A stretch of 64,000 nucleotides of DNA, taken from NCBI GenBank assembly GCA_965207065.1, contig OZ242260.1, positions 2,496,001 through 2,560,000 of the forward strand, read 5' to 3'. The notes beneath the pieces are model-generated. The model ran no database searches. It was not told where the DNA came from and was given only the letters and a program-made list of their open reading frames with translations. Of the stretch, positions 18,786 through 30,141 are shown piece after piece. Made by a program: the position numbers and the translations under genes. The DNA is from a bacterium. GTDB lineage: Bacteria > UBA8248. Position 1 is the first letter of the stretch. Each line of letters begins with the position of its first letter.

Positions 18786-20318
18786 GTGAATGTGAGAACA
18801 GTATTGACAATTCTTGCGGTGACGATTCTTGCGGCCCTCACAGTTCTGACCGGGTGCGGCGGCGGAGGGGGCGGAGGTTCTGTTCCCACACCTGCTGTTA
18901 TGCCGGGTTCTCCAGAGATGGAAATTATTCCTGAACATTCCGGCATCGAGAATATCGCGGGGGTGGATATCCGGGATACGTGGAAATCGCCCGAACCGAT
19001 CAAGTCGTATTTTGGTCTTAGTGGAGATGGTAATTTACCCCGGTTCGAAGGTATCGATTCGTCGCAGTATTCCATATTGGGTTCCAAGGACGGAATTACT
19101 TATGCACAAAGGATGTCGGGTCCGACGGACACGATTGATATCGACTTCATCGGGGATTTTGATGGGTATTTTGACTCGTTGCCGGATTACGTGCGGGGAA
19201 CCATCGAGAGAGCGGGAAAGGCCTGGTCTCATAGGCTCAAGGACGTACTCGGCCCCTTCATGTCAACGGATTCGGTGGTGACCCGCAAGGGGAGGGATGA
19301 GAACGGATGGACTATCCCACGCTTGGTGGACGGGATTCTCCTTGATTTTGAAACTGATTTCGAGAATCCCAAGTGGGATTTTGAATGGGGCTATTCCCGC
19401 GGGTTTTATCGGTACGAACAGATAGAGGGAAAGGACTTTACGGTCAGGACGGGTTGGATTGAGGTGGCGGCGGGTGACATCAACAGAGGGCCATTGTGGT
19501 TCGCATATCTCGCTGCTCATGAAATTGGCCACGCAATCGGACATGGCATAGAACTCGGGAGAACCGACACTCCGGAGACCATTGAACGTTACATAGACTA
19601 CGAGCGCGGAGTATGGACCGGCCCGAACTTGACGGCGGCCAACGGTGGCAGGAACGTGGCTTTCCAGCCCGGGCATGAAGGAAAATCCGATTTTGGCCAT
19701 TTAGGCGCCTGCGAGATGATCATGTCCTATTGCGGTGCTGGAATTGCAATCCCGCATGAGATGGATTTCGCCTACATGAAGGATATCGGTTATACCGTGG
19801 CGGATGACTATCCTACGGAGCCTGAGGCATACAGCTATGGCGCATGGGCGCAACATTCGGCTTGGGTGGTGACATCGGCCCGAATCATGACTTTCTCACC
19901 CACCCGCATCACCGACTACATTACGGTGGAAGCGGATGTTTACGGGAATCCGGCATTCACGAATTTCGCCGATGCGCACACGGGCACGCTGACGTGGAAC
20001 GGCTCTTTGCTGGCCAGCGATATGGCCAGTTTTGCTCCGGTGTTCGGCGAAGCGGAAATCGTTCTTTCCGCCGACACGCTCGACGGCACGGTGCAGTTCA
20101 TGAATCTTCGCTCGGTAGTTGACGTGGAAGCGCAGGCTCAACTCACGGGATGGCGGAAATCCAGTCTGGCGTATGACGTGACGGTGGAAGAAAACGGGTT
20201 CACGGACACAGGCGGAAAAGTGATGGGAAGGTTTTACGGCCCGAATCACGAGGAGGCGGCCGGGATTCTGGATGATGCGGCGGAGAAAATTCTTGGAGCA
20301 TTCGGCGGGATAAGATAA
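18786..20318 (+). CDS. Lipoprotein with a zinc metallopeptidase (metzincin-like) domain and a C-terminal TbpB-like beta-barrel
   Basis: GGAGG SD, lipobox LTGC plus Gly run, AAHEIGHAIG, downstream GHL and a Met-turn-like MIMSY. C-terminus GRFYGPNHEEAAG...GAFGG. Confidence 0.7.
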   Translation: MNVRTVLTILAVTILAALTVLTGCGGGGGGGSVPTPAVMPGSPEMEIIPEHSGIENIAGVDIRDTWKSPEPIKSYFGLSGDGNLPRFEGIDSSQYSILGSKDGITYAQRMSGPTDTIDIDFIGDFDGYFDSLPDYVRGTIERAGKAWSHRLKDVLGPFMSTDSVVTRKGRDENGWTIPRLVDGILLDFETDFENPKWDFEWGYSRGFYRYEQIEGKDFTVRTGWIEVAAGDINRGPLWFAYLAAHEIGHAIGHGIELGRTDTPETIERYIDYERGVWTGPNLTAANGGRNVAFQPGHEGKSDFGHLGACEMIMSYCGAGIAIPHEMDFAYMKDIGYTVADDYPTEPEAYSYGAWAQHSAWVVTSARIMTFSPTRITDYITVEADVYGNPAFTNFADAHTGTLTWNGSLLASDMASFAPVFGEAEIVLSADTLDGTVQFMNLRSVVDVEAQAQLTGWRKSSLAYDVTVEENGFTDTGGKVMGRFYGPNHEEAAGILDDAAEKILGAFGGIR

Positions 20319-20630
20319 GGAAAACCGCGCCGGATCAACCGGCAGTCCAAGGAACGCCGCAAGAATGACGAATGGATACCGGCGGAAGACATCTCCTTCT
20401 GTTTCGGAATCAAACTACCATTTCAAAGAACCGGAAACGAACTGGGAGCAGGGATGAGAGGATGATGCTGATATACATGAGGAATGCGTCGGCCCGTATT
20501 CTCATTTTGCCGATAGGGGAAACGAGAAGCCGCTTTCGTAGCGACAACCCCTCCTCGGGATTGTCCCACTGCGCGGCATCGGGCTTCGCAGAACGCTTGA
20601 CGCTCTCGTCCCGAGCAAGCGCTCTCGAAC

Positions 20631-20743
20631 CCTCATCCTGAGTAGGCGCGCAGGCGTCGTACCGAAGGATGGGGAAACGCATCTCTCCGGCGGACGCGAA
20701 TTTCGCTCTTCGATACGCGGCTTCGCTACTACTCAGGGTGAGG
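20631..20743. repeat. Palindromic REP-like extragenic element
   Basis: Ends CCTCATCCTGAGTAG / CTACTCAGGGTGAGG (15-bp inverted repeat, one mismatch) with inner CGAAG/CTTCG arms. Confidence 0.7.
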
Positions 20744-20895
20744 TGGAGCGACGGGTTGCGCAGGACGAAGGGGGGATTTCTAACTACGAATTTTCGGCGA
20801 AGAACTATAAAGCTGAACTCTGCCTTATTTTTCATCGGCTAATGATTGTTGCCAATGCGGGATGGCGGAGTTAGGGTAACATTCATCCAAGTTTT

Positions 20896-22068
20896 TTGGC
20901 GAGGTCTTGCAAGACACCATCTGTAGGCGGACGGATTATCAATTACATCACAAGCACAAAGAATAAGACTCGACTTAAGAAGCTGTTTCACATAGAAACT
21001 ACATCTTCATGCCTGGCGCTTTTGTTTGCTGTGATATTCGTATTGACACTGTCTGGCTGTGGCGGCGGTGGGGGTGGTTCTGGAAGAGAAGTTATGATCA
21101 CCCCGCCCGGAAACCGCGCTCCCACGGCCGTACGGGCCTTCTCGAATCTTTCCTTGACGCATGAACCCGGCAATCCGCAACGATGGAGGTCCGAAGGCTT
21201 TGACACCTATTTTACGGACCCGGACCTCGATAGTTTGGGCTACAGCTCATCTGTGAGCAAACAAGGCGTTGCCAGCGCCGGGGTCGCGGGAAGTAATCCG
21301 AACTACTTGGTAGTGGAAACGATAAGAGCCGGGACGGCGGTCGTCACGGTAAATGCATCGGACCCGTTTGGCCTCACTGTTTCGCAAAGCTTCACGGTGA
21401 CGGTACACGAGGAAAAGCCTCGGCCCCCGAACCGCGCTCCCACGGCCGTACGGGCCTTCTCGAATCTTTCCTTGACGCATGAACCCGGCAACCCGCAACG
21501 TTGGTTGTCAGAAGACCTTGTCACCTATTTTACGGATCCGGATCTCGACCGCCTGGGCTATATCGCATCTACGAGCAACAATAGTGTTGCCGGTGCCGGT
21601 ATCAGTTTTTATCTATCGGATCCTGAGCCGAGTTACTTGAGCGTGAGTACGAATCGCGCCGGGACAGCGGTCATCACGGTAGAAGCATCGGACCCCTTTG
21701 GCCTCACTGTTTCGCAAAGCTTCACGGTGACGGTACACGAGGAAAAGCCTCGGCCCCCGAATCGCGCTCCCATGGCCGTGCGGGCCTTCTCGAATCTTTC
21801 CTTGACCCATGAACCCGGCAACCCGCAACGATGGAGATTAGAAGGCCTTGACACCTATTTTACGGATCCGGATCTTGACTCGTTGGCCTATGGCGCAGTT
21901 TCGAGCAACGATAGTGTTGCCGGTGCCAGTATCGGGTATTCATCGAACCTTGGTTTGCATTACATGATTGTGAACACGGTTAGCGCCGGGACAGCGGTCA
22001 TCACGTTAAGCGTAACGGACCCAAGTGGCCTCAGTGTTTCGCAAAGCTTTACGGTAACGGTACGTTAG
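20896..22068 (+). CDS. Lipoprotein with three tandem Ig/cadherin-like repeats
   Basis: Lipobox LSGC plus Gly run, then three copies of NRAP...YFTDPDLD.L.Y...AGTAV.TV...DP.GL.VSQSFTVTV. The start codon is uncertain. Confidence 0.75.
   Translation: MARSCKTPSVGGRIINYITSTKNKTRLKKLFHIETTSSCLALLFAVIFVLTLSGCGGGGGGSGREVMITPPGNRAPTAVRAFSNLSLTHEPGNPQRWRSEGFDTYFTDPDLDSLGYSSSVSKQGVASAGVAGSNPNYLVVETIRAGTAVVTVNASDPFGLTVSQSFTVTVHEEKPRPPNRAPTAVRAFSNLSLTHEPGNPQRWLSEDLVTYFTDPDLDRLGYIASTSNNSVAGAGISFYLSDPEPSYLSVSTNRAGTAVITVEASDPFGLTVSQSFTVTVHEEKPRPPNRAPMAVRAFSNLSLTHEPGNPQRWRLEGLDTYFTDPDLDSLAYGAVSSNDSVAGASIGYSSNLGLHYMIVNTVSAGTAVITLSVTDPSGLSVSQSFTVTVR
21112..22065 (+). repeat. Three intragenic tandem repeats starting at 21112, 21430 and 21760 (318, 330 and about 306 bp)
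   Basis: Near-identical DNA blocks such as CGGGCCTTCTCGAATCTTTCCTTGAC and TGTTTCGCAAAGCTT occur three times. Confidence 0.92.
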
Positions 22069-22376
22069 AGAACGGCTTAGCCTCTGGACCATTCCTGCAC
22101 TCTCAAAGGGTCCACCCCCGTATCTCTGGACGCACCTTGCAGAAGACGGATCGACTCACTTGCTGAGTTGGACCAATTTCATTTTACGATCGACGGGCCA
22201 GGTAGACGGACAATCCGGATAACCGGCGGTGCGAACCTGAATAAAAAATATTCGACGCAGGCAGGATAGAGGTGCCCGGAAATCCTGATAGTTGAGTCGG
22301 CAATATCACACTGACCATTATCATCTTCACATTGCGTCACGATCCCTCTGTCGGCCGGAGAGCGTTTCAAGAAACT

Positions 22377-23732
22377 TTATTTCTTTCGGAAATTTCGAGA
22401 CACCTTGATGATTTTCAGGCTGCGGGGTTTCCGCATATCATCGTTGCGTATGAGCGGGAGCGAAACCACGGCATCCTTCTCGCCCTCGCGAATTGTCGCC
22501 TCGATGATTCCGTCATGAAAATCCACGCCCGGAACGGCGGGGTTCGCTCCGCTCCCGGGCGCGAGGCGCACACTCACCTGGACATCCTCCGGCGCCGCCA
22601 CCGGAAGCGAGAGCTTCACCCGGAGCGCCTCGCCGCTGACGATGCTGTTTTGCAGGGGCTGGATGTTCACCCTGTTCGCCAAAGTGGAAGTTTCGATTCG
22701 TCTGGCGACCTTGATCCGGCCGATTTTGTCGACAGGCCGCCAGAGGTTAAAGACACCGGGCACAGTGTTCTTTGGCAACGTTCCCAGGCCTTCCCACCTG
22801 GGTTTCGGTTTCGACGGACCTCCGATTGGTACGGAGACCTTGGCCAAAAACGACGACGAGTCTTTTCTTCTGCCGATTCCGTCGTAACCGGCGGAAAGAT
22901 TCAGCCAGGGGTGCGGGCGCCAGTCGAGGCCGAGGCGCGCGCCCTCGTCCCATTCGTCTGAGCCGTCTTCAGCCTGCCAGCGGTAGGTGGTCAGGTTCGC
23001 GCGAAGGGTCGTTGTCAGCTTGAGATTCAGGCCGAGTTCCACCCCTTCGAGGGCGCGTTCTTCGTATCCGGGATCCGTGGAACGCCAATTCGTGGCAGGC
23101 AGGAAATACGTGAGCGACCCCGTCCCCCAGCGCCCGGCGTAGTCCACTCTGGACGCCAACACCTGGTGTCCCCAATCCGCGCTGTGCAAAGAGAACGCGG
23201 ACATCCCGAAGACACCCGAATCCGGCTCGTCGGTGAGCCGGAATCGGTAGGCCATGCCGATACGCAAGTCGTCGCGGGAATCTCCCTCGGAGTCCCGCCA
23301 CCGGGTGATGCCTTGTTGTAAGAACAACGAGGAGCGAGTCCGGTGGTCTTTGTCCGTAAACGCAAGCGGGATCACGACATCGAGATCGTTCACGAATCCT
23401 GTCCCACTTTGATAAGAAAGATCGCCGAAGAATCGGAAATTCTCCCCGAACGCTTTCTTTCCTAATTCATTTGCGGAGTCCATACTTTTTTTCAGCAACA
23501 GATTCACTCCGCCATCGAGAAGGCAACTCGTCCCGCTCGATAGAGTCCCGTCGATAGCCGCCCCGCAACTTCCCGCGGGGGTCAGGGAGTCTTGCCAAAA
23601 CCAATCGAAGGCATCGGCTTCTACGGGAGAGAAGACGATTGCCGCCGCGAGCGCGAGAATATACGGGATCGTCCGGACGACCCCAATCGCCGAAGCAAGA
23701 TAGGATAAAGAAAATCCGTCGAATCTATCCAC
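22377..23732 (-). CDS. Inverse autotransporter (intimin/invasin-type beta domain) with one Calx-beta-like passenger domain
   Basis: Signal peptide, then DLDVVIPL, LFLQQG, LRIGMAYR, YFLPATNWR, EERALEGVELGL and YRWQ barrel pattern. C-terminal VKLSLPVAAPEDVQVSV...PGVDF...TIREGE...LPLIRND. GTG at 23732 has a purine-rich SD. Confidence 0.7.
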   Translation of the reverse strand: MDRFDGFSLSYLASAIGVVRTIPYILALAAAIVFSPVEADAFDWFWQDSLTPAGSCGAAIDGTLSSGTSCLLDGGVNLLLKKSMDSANELGKKAFGENFRFFGDLSYQSGTGFVNDLDVVIPLAFTDKDHRTRSSLFLQQGITRWRDSEGDSRDDLRIGMAYRFRLTDEPDSGVFGMSAFSLHSADWGHQVLASRVDYAGRWGTGSLTYFLPATNWRSTDPGYEERALEGVELGLNLKLTTTLRANLTTYRWQAEDGSDEWDEGARLGLDWRPHPWLNLSAGYDGIGRRKDSSSFLAKVSVPIGGPSKPKPRWEGLGTLPKNTVPGVFNLWRPVDKIGRIKVARRIETSTLANRVNIQPLQNSIVSGEALRVKLSLPVAAPEDVQVSVRLAPGSGANPAVPGVDFHDGIIEATIREGEKDAVVSLPLIRNDDMRKPRSLKIIKVSRNFRKK

Positions 23733-23908
23733 GATTTCTCTCCCTCTCTCCAACTTGGCGCATACTCGATAACAACCTGAAAGTATACCAAGGCGTAATC
23801 GCAAAGCGTAGCGATTCCTAGGAGAGCGCAAAATAAGGGGTTCCCGAATAAATTTCTCACCTAAATAATAATAGTCTCAAAAAAGGCGCCTATAAACCCG
23901 TTTGCTCG

Positions 23909-23937
23909 TTGACAAGGTCAGGCGAGGTCGACATAAA
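23909..23937 (+). promoter_or_regulatory. Candidate sigma70 promoter for the HNH-uvrB-uvrC run
   Basis: TTGACA-N17-CATAAA. Confidence 0.35.
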
Positions 23938-23996
23938 GGGATGCGCAAATCGTGTTCGTATCCCGTCGCCCACTTGTCTCAAGGGGAGCGTATAGG

Positions 23997-24524
23997 GTGA
24001 TTGAGCAATCACGTGTCCTGGTGCTCAACCAGACGTATGAGCCGATAAACGTCTGCAACGCCCGTCGTGCGATTCGCATGATGATTAACGGAAAAGCCGA
24101 TACCGTCGAGACGAACGGCTTACTCGTCCGCAGCGAAGCGATGGAGTTTCACCTCCCCGCCGTCATACGGTTGAGAACGTATGTGTATGTTCCGCGCCGA
24201 AGCCAGATTCCGTTCAGTAAAAAGAATGTGATGCGCCGCGACGAGAATACCTGCCAGTATTGCGGGGCGAAAGGCGGATATTTGACGGTGGATCACGTCC
24301 TGCCGCGTTCACGCGGCGGCCGCTCCACGTGGGAGAACGTGGTATGCAGTTGCCGGAGATGCAATGCGAAAAAGGGGGACCGCACGCCGGAGGAGGCCAG
24401 ACTGAAGCTGAAAAAGCAGCCCCATAAGCCGAAGTCGTTCATATTCCATCACCTGAACTATCGTTTTCCGCAAGCAGCGCAGCAAGTATGGGAAAAATAC
24501 CTTCAACCCACGCCTCTCACCTGA
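23997..24524 (+). CDS. HNH endonuclease (McrA-like, stand-alone)
   Basis: VLVLNQTYEP, P.VIRL, RD..CQYCG, LTVDHVLPRSRGG..TWENVV.SC..CN.KKG. GTG start at 23997 after GGGGAG. Confidence 0.9.
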   Translation: MIEQSRVLVLNQTYEPINVCNARRAIRMMINGKADTVETNGLLVRSEAMEFHLPAVIRLRTYVYVPRRSQIPFSKKNVMRRDENTCQYCGAKGGYLTVDHVLPRSRGGRSTWENVVCSCRRCNAKKGDRTPEEARLKLKKQPHKPKSFIFHHLNYRFPQAAQQVWEKYLQPTPLT

Positions 24525-24612
24525 CCCGCAAGGTTTATCAACCATCCTTTATCCGCTAAACTTTGATCCGCTCGTTTTTTCGAGCGCCTGAGTCGGAGGT
24601 TGAGGACCCTTT

Positions 24613-26618
<2,006 letters not shown>

Positions 26619-26622
<4 letters not shown>

Positions 26623-28532
26623 GTGATTCCGCCCTCTCCCCCAGCTCTGTTTCCGTGGAAGAGGACCGCTCGTTTTTGAAGTCCTTGCCCGAAAAACCGG
26701 GGATATATATTTTCAGGAACCGCGCGGGGGACGTCCTCTACGTCGGAAAGGCCTTGCGCCTGAGAAGCCGGGTGCGCAGTTATTTCGCCAAGAGGGCAGG
26801 CCGGGGCCCCTGGATTCAGAAGATGGTGGAGGAATCATCCACGATAGAGCACATCGTGACGGCCAACGAAGTCGAAGCGCTCATCCTGGAGAGCAACTAT
26901 GTCAAAAAGCACAAGCCCCGCCACAACGTGCTCCTTCGCGACGACAAGCATTTCCCCTACATGAAGCTGAGCACGAGCGAGGACTACCCGCGCCTGAGCA
27001 TCGTCCGCCGCCCCGCGGGTGATGGGGATTCCTATCTGGGGCCCTTCCCGTCGGCGAGCAGCCTGAGGCGCACGATTCGCTTTTTACAAAAAACCTTTCA
27101 CATCAGGCCCTGCACGGGCGGTTTGGAGGACAAGACGGCGAAACGCTGCATCTATTTCCAGATGAACCAGTGCCTGGGGCCGTGCGATGACTACCAGAGC
27201 CGCGAATCGTATAGAGGCGGTGTCGGCGATGCGCTTGATTTCCTCAAGGGCAAGAACCGGGAACTGGTTCGAAGGCTCAAGAAGCAGATGCAGGAACATT
27301 CGGAGGGTTTGCAGTACGAAGCCGCCGCCAAGGTGCGGGATCAGATTCAAGGCATCGAGCACGTCACCGAGCGGCAGACCATGCTTTCGGTGAAGGGGGG
27401 CGACCAGGACGTTCTCGGCTGTCACCGGGAGGAAGGGAAAGCGACGTTTCGCCTGTTTTTCATACGGGGCGGCAGGCTGCTGGGCGACCAGGGATTCCAT
27501 GTGGCCGCCAGCGAAGGCGTTCCCGACGGAGAAGTCGTCTCCGCGTTCGTGAAGCAGTATTACGCAAACAAGACGTTTTTCCCCGATGAAGTGCTCCTGC
27601 CCTCCGTCGTGGGCGATGCCTCGCTCATGGCGCAATGGCTGTCCGAAAAGCGGGGCAAGAAGGTGTCCGTTTTTCATCCCGTCCGGGGAAACAAGCGCCG
27701 GCTGGTCGAGATGGCGAGCGAGAACGCATCGCACGCACAGGAGCAGGAAAACGCCCTGCTCAGCAAAGAGCAGCAGACGCTCGAGGAAATTCGCCAGGCG
27801 CTGGGCCTCGAGGAGTTGCCGGTGCGAATCGAGGCGTTCGACGTATCGAATCTGCAGGGGAGCAACATCGTCGGGGCCAGCGTCATGTTCCAGGAGGGGC
27901 GTCCGCTCAAGGACGGCTACCGCCGCTACAAGATCAGGAGCGTGGCGGAAGCGCCGGATGATTATTCCTCCATGCGCGAGATCGTTTTCAGGCGCCTGGA
28001 GCGTCTGGTGAACGAAGGGGGCGAGATGCCCGACCTCCTGCTGATCGACGGCGGGAAGGGGCAGCTCTCATCCGCCGCCTCGGCGCTCGAGGAACTTGGT
28101 GTGGCGGACGTGGCGCTCTGCGCGATTGCGAAGGGCAGGAGTTCCGAGAACCCCGAAGCGCAGGACGTGATTTTCCTGCCCGGGCAGTCGGACCCCGTTC
28201 ACCTGAAAGAGGGGAGCGCGCCGAAGCTCATGCTCCAGAAAATCCGCGACGAGGTGCATCGGTTCGTCCTGACATTCCACCGGACGCGCCGCAGACGCAC
28301 CGGAATCAGGAGCGGTCTCGACGACGTGCCCGGTTTGGGCCCCAAGCGCCGCCGCGCGCTCTTGCGGACTTTCGGGAGCCTGCGGGGCGTTTTGGAGGCG
28401 AGCGATTCCAAGCTCCTGGAGGTGGAGGGCATCACGCCGAAGCTCATCGCCGCCTTGCGGGAAAAGCTCGGGGGCGAGGGCGCCCTTGCTGAAGGAGCCG
28501 GGGAGGTCGCTTCCCGGACAGGCGAATCTTGA
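26619..28532 (+). CDS. uvrC: Excinuclease ABC subunit C
   Basis: GIY-YIG (PGIY...YVGKA), UVR domain, [24 protein letters not shown] and HhH. Confidence 0.97.
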
Positions 28533-30076
28533 AAGCGAAAGACATAGGCTACTCCATATTTTCGGGTCTTTTGGTGGCGTCGGTTTTCCCGCCGTTTCAG
28601 TTCGAGATTCTGGCCTGGATAGCGCTCGTCCCCCTCTTATGGGTGCTCGAGGGCAAAAAACCGCACGAAGCGTTCACCCTGGGGCTGGTGAGCGGACTGG
28701 TTTCTTTCGGGATAATCGTCTGGTGGGTGAAGATTTCGATGGCCACCTACGGGGGGCTGCCGGCGTCGCTCGCATGGCTCATCACCGCCGTCCTCGCGCT
28801 CTATCTGGCGCTATACCCGGCGCTGTTCGCATTCTTCATGGTGCGCATACATGCGGGCGGCGCTTTTCTCACCTTTCTCATGGCCGCGCCGCTGTGGGTC
28901 TCGCTGGAGCTTCTGCGCGCCTACTTCATGTCCGGCTTCCCGTGGGCGCTGCTGGGCTATAGCCAGTACCGCCATTTGCACGTCATCCAGATTGCCGACC
29001 TGGTGGGCGTGTACGGCGTGTCTTTCTTCATCGTGTTCGTCAACGCGGCGATCTGGCATTTCTTCCGTTTTCCGCGAAAAGCGCCCTACGCCCTCGTCGT
29101 CAGCGTTTCACTCGTCGCGGCGCTCGTTTGGGGCTATGGATATCTAAGACTCCATGAGGTGCCCATCGAAGCGTCGGGTGCGGTGCGCACGGTCGGCATC
29201 GTGCAGGGCAACGTCGATCAGTCCGTCAAATGGGCTCCCAGGTGGCGGAGGGGCATTCTCGATAAAATGGCCAGGCTGACGAAGGATTTGAGGGGTCGTT
29301 TCCCGAAAGATGAATCGACCGCTCCCCCCCTCATCGTCTGGCCGGAGGCGGCGGCTCCCCTTGTTTACGAGCGGCGCGCATCCGAGAGAAGATATCTCCG
29401 CCAAATCGCGAAGGACACGAATTCCTACCTGCTGTTCGGCGTCCTCGGCAGGCTGGACGTGAAACAAGGTCCGAAATTCACGAATTCGGCCTATCTCCTC
29501 AGCCCGGAGGGCAAGGAAGCCGGCCGCTACGACAAGATGCACCTGCTTCCCTTCGGCGAATATGTCCCGCTCGCCAAACTGCTGTTTTTCGTGAAAAAAC
29601 TCGTGCCGGTCATCGGTGCGTTCAGGCCCGGCGACAAGCCCGAGATATTTGATGCCGCCGGCGGAAAGTTCGGCGTCTTGATCTGTTTCGAGGTGATTTT
29701 CCCCCGCGTGGTGAGGCGGATGCAGAACGCGCAGTTTCTCGTCAACATCACGAACGATGCCTGGTTCGGCGAAACGGCGGCATCCGAGCAGCACCTGTCG
29801 ATGGTGGCGTTCCGGGCGGTGGAATACCGCATGCCGATCGTTCGTTCGGCCAATACGGGGATCAGCGCGCTCATCGAACCCACCGGAGCGATTCGGGCAA
29901 GGAGCCCTCTTTTTGAGGAGTGGATACACGCCGATGTCATTTCGCTGAAAAAAGACGGCCCCAGTGTTTACGCCAGGGTAGGGGATATATTTGCGTATAT
30001 CTGTGCTTTCTTTTCCGTGGCGGCGGTATTATTGTTCCGCTCCAGGCGGAGTTCTCGAATGTGGTATGATAGCTAG
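28529..30076 (+). CDS. lnt: Apolipoprotein N-acyltransferase
   Basis: Multiple TM helices, GFPWALLGY, VQGN, WPE, YDKMHLLPFGEY, ICFE, NDAWFG and RSANTGIS. Confidence 0.95.
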   Translation: MKAKDIGYSIFSGLLVASVFPPFQFEILAWIALVPLLWVLEGKKPHEAFTLGLVSGLVSFGIIVWWVKISMATYGGLPASLAWLITAVLALYLALYPALFAFFMVRIHAGGAFLTFLMAAPLWVSLELLRAYFMSGFPWALLGYSQYRHLHVIQIADLVGVYGVSFFIVFVNAAIWHFFRFPRKAPYALVVSVSLVAALVWGYGYLRLHEVPIEASGAVRTVGIVQGNVDQSVKWAPRWRRGILDKMARLTKDLRGRFPKDESTAPPLIVWPEAAAPLVYERRASERRYLRQIAKDTNSYLLFGVLGRLDVKQGPKFTNSAYLLSPEGKEAGRYDKMHLLPFGEYVPLAKLLFFVKKLVPVIGAFRPGDKPEIFDAAGGKFGVLICFEVIFPRVVRRMQNAQFLVNITNDAWFGETAASEQHLSMVAFRAVEYRMPIVRSANTGISALIEPTGAIRARSPLFEEWIHADVISLKKDGPSVYARVGDIFAYICAFFSVAAVLLFRSRRSSRMWYDS

Positions 30077-30141
30077 AACCGTCCAGGCAGACCCCATGCC
30101 GAGGGGTCAGGAAGTTCGATTTCGAAAGATTGGAGATGTAG

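Noticed and set aside
20410-20835. 141-aa minus-strand ORF
   Set aside because: Runs through the palindromic repeat and has no recognisable domain.
21112-22065. Ig repeats as DGR targets or a CRISPR array
   Set aside because: Differences are not confined to adenines and include indels. The units are about 320-bp coding repeats, and no cas genes are present.
23997-24524. HNH gene as a defence or mobile element
   Set aside because: Common stand-alone HNH family with host-like composition and no partner genes.
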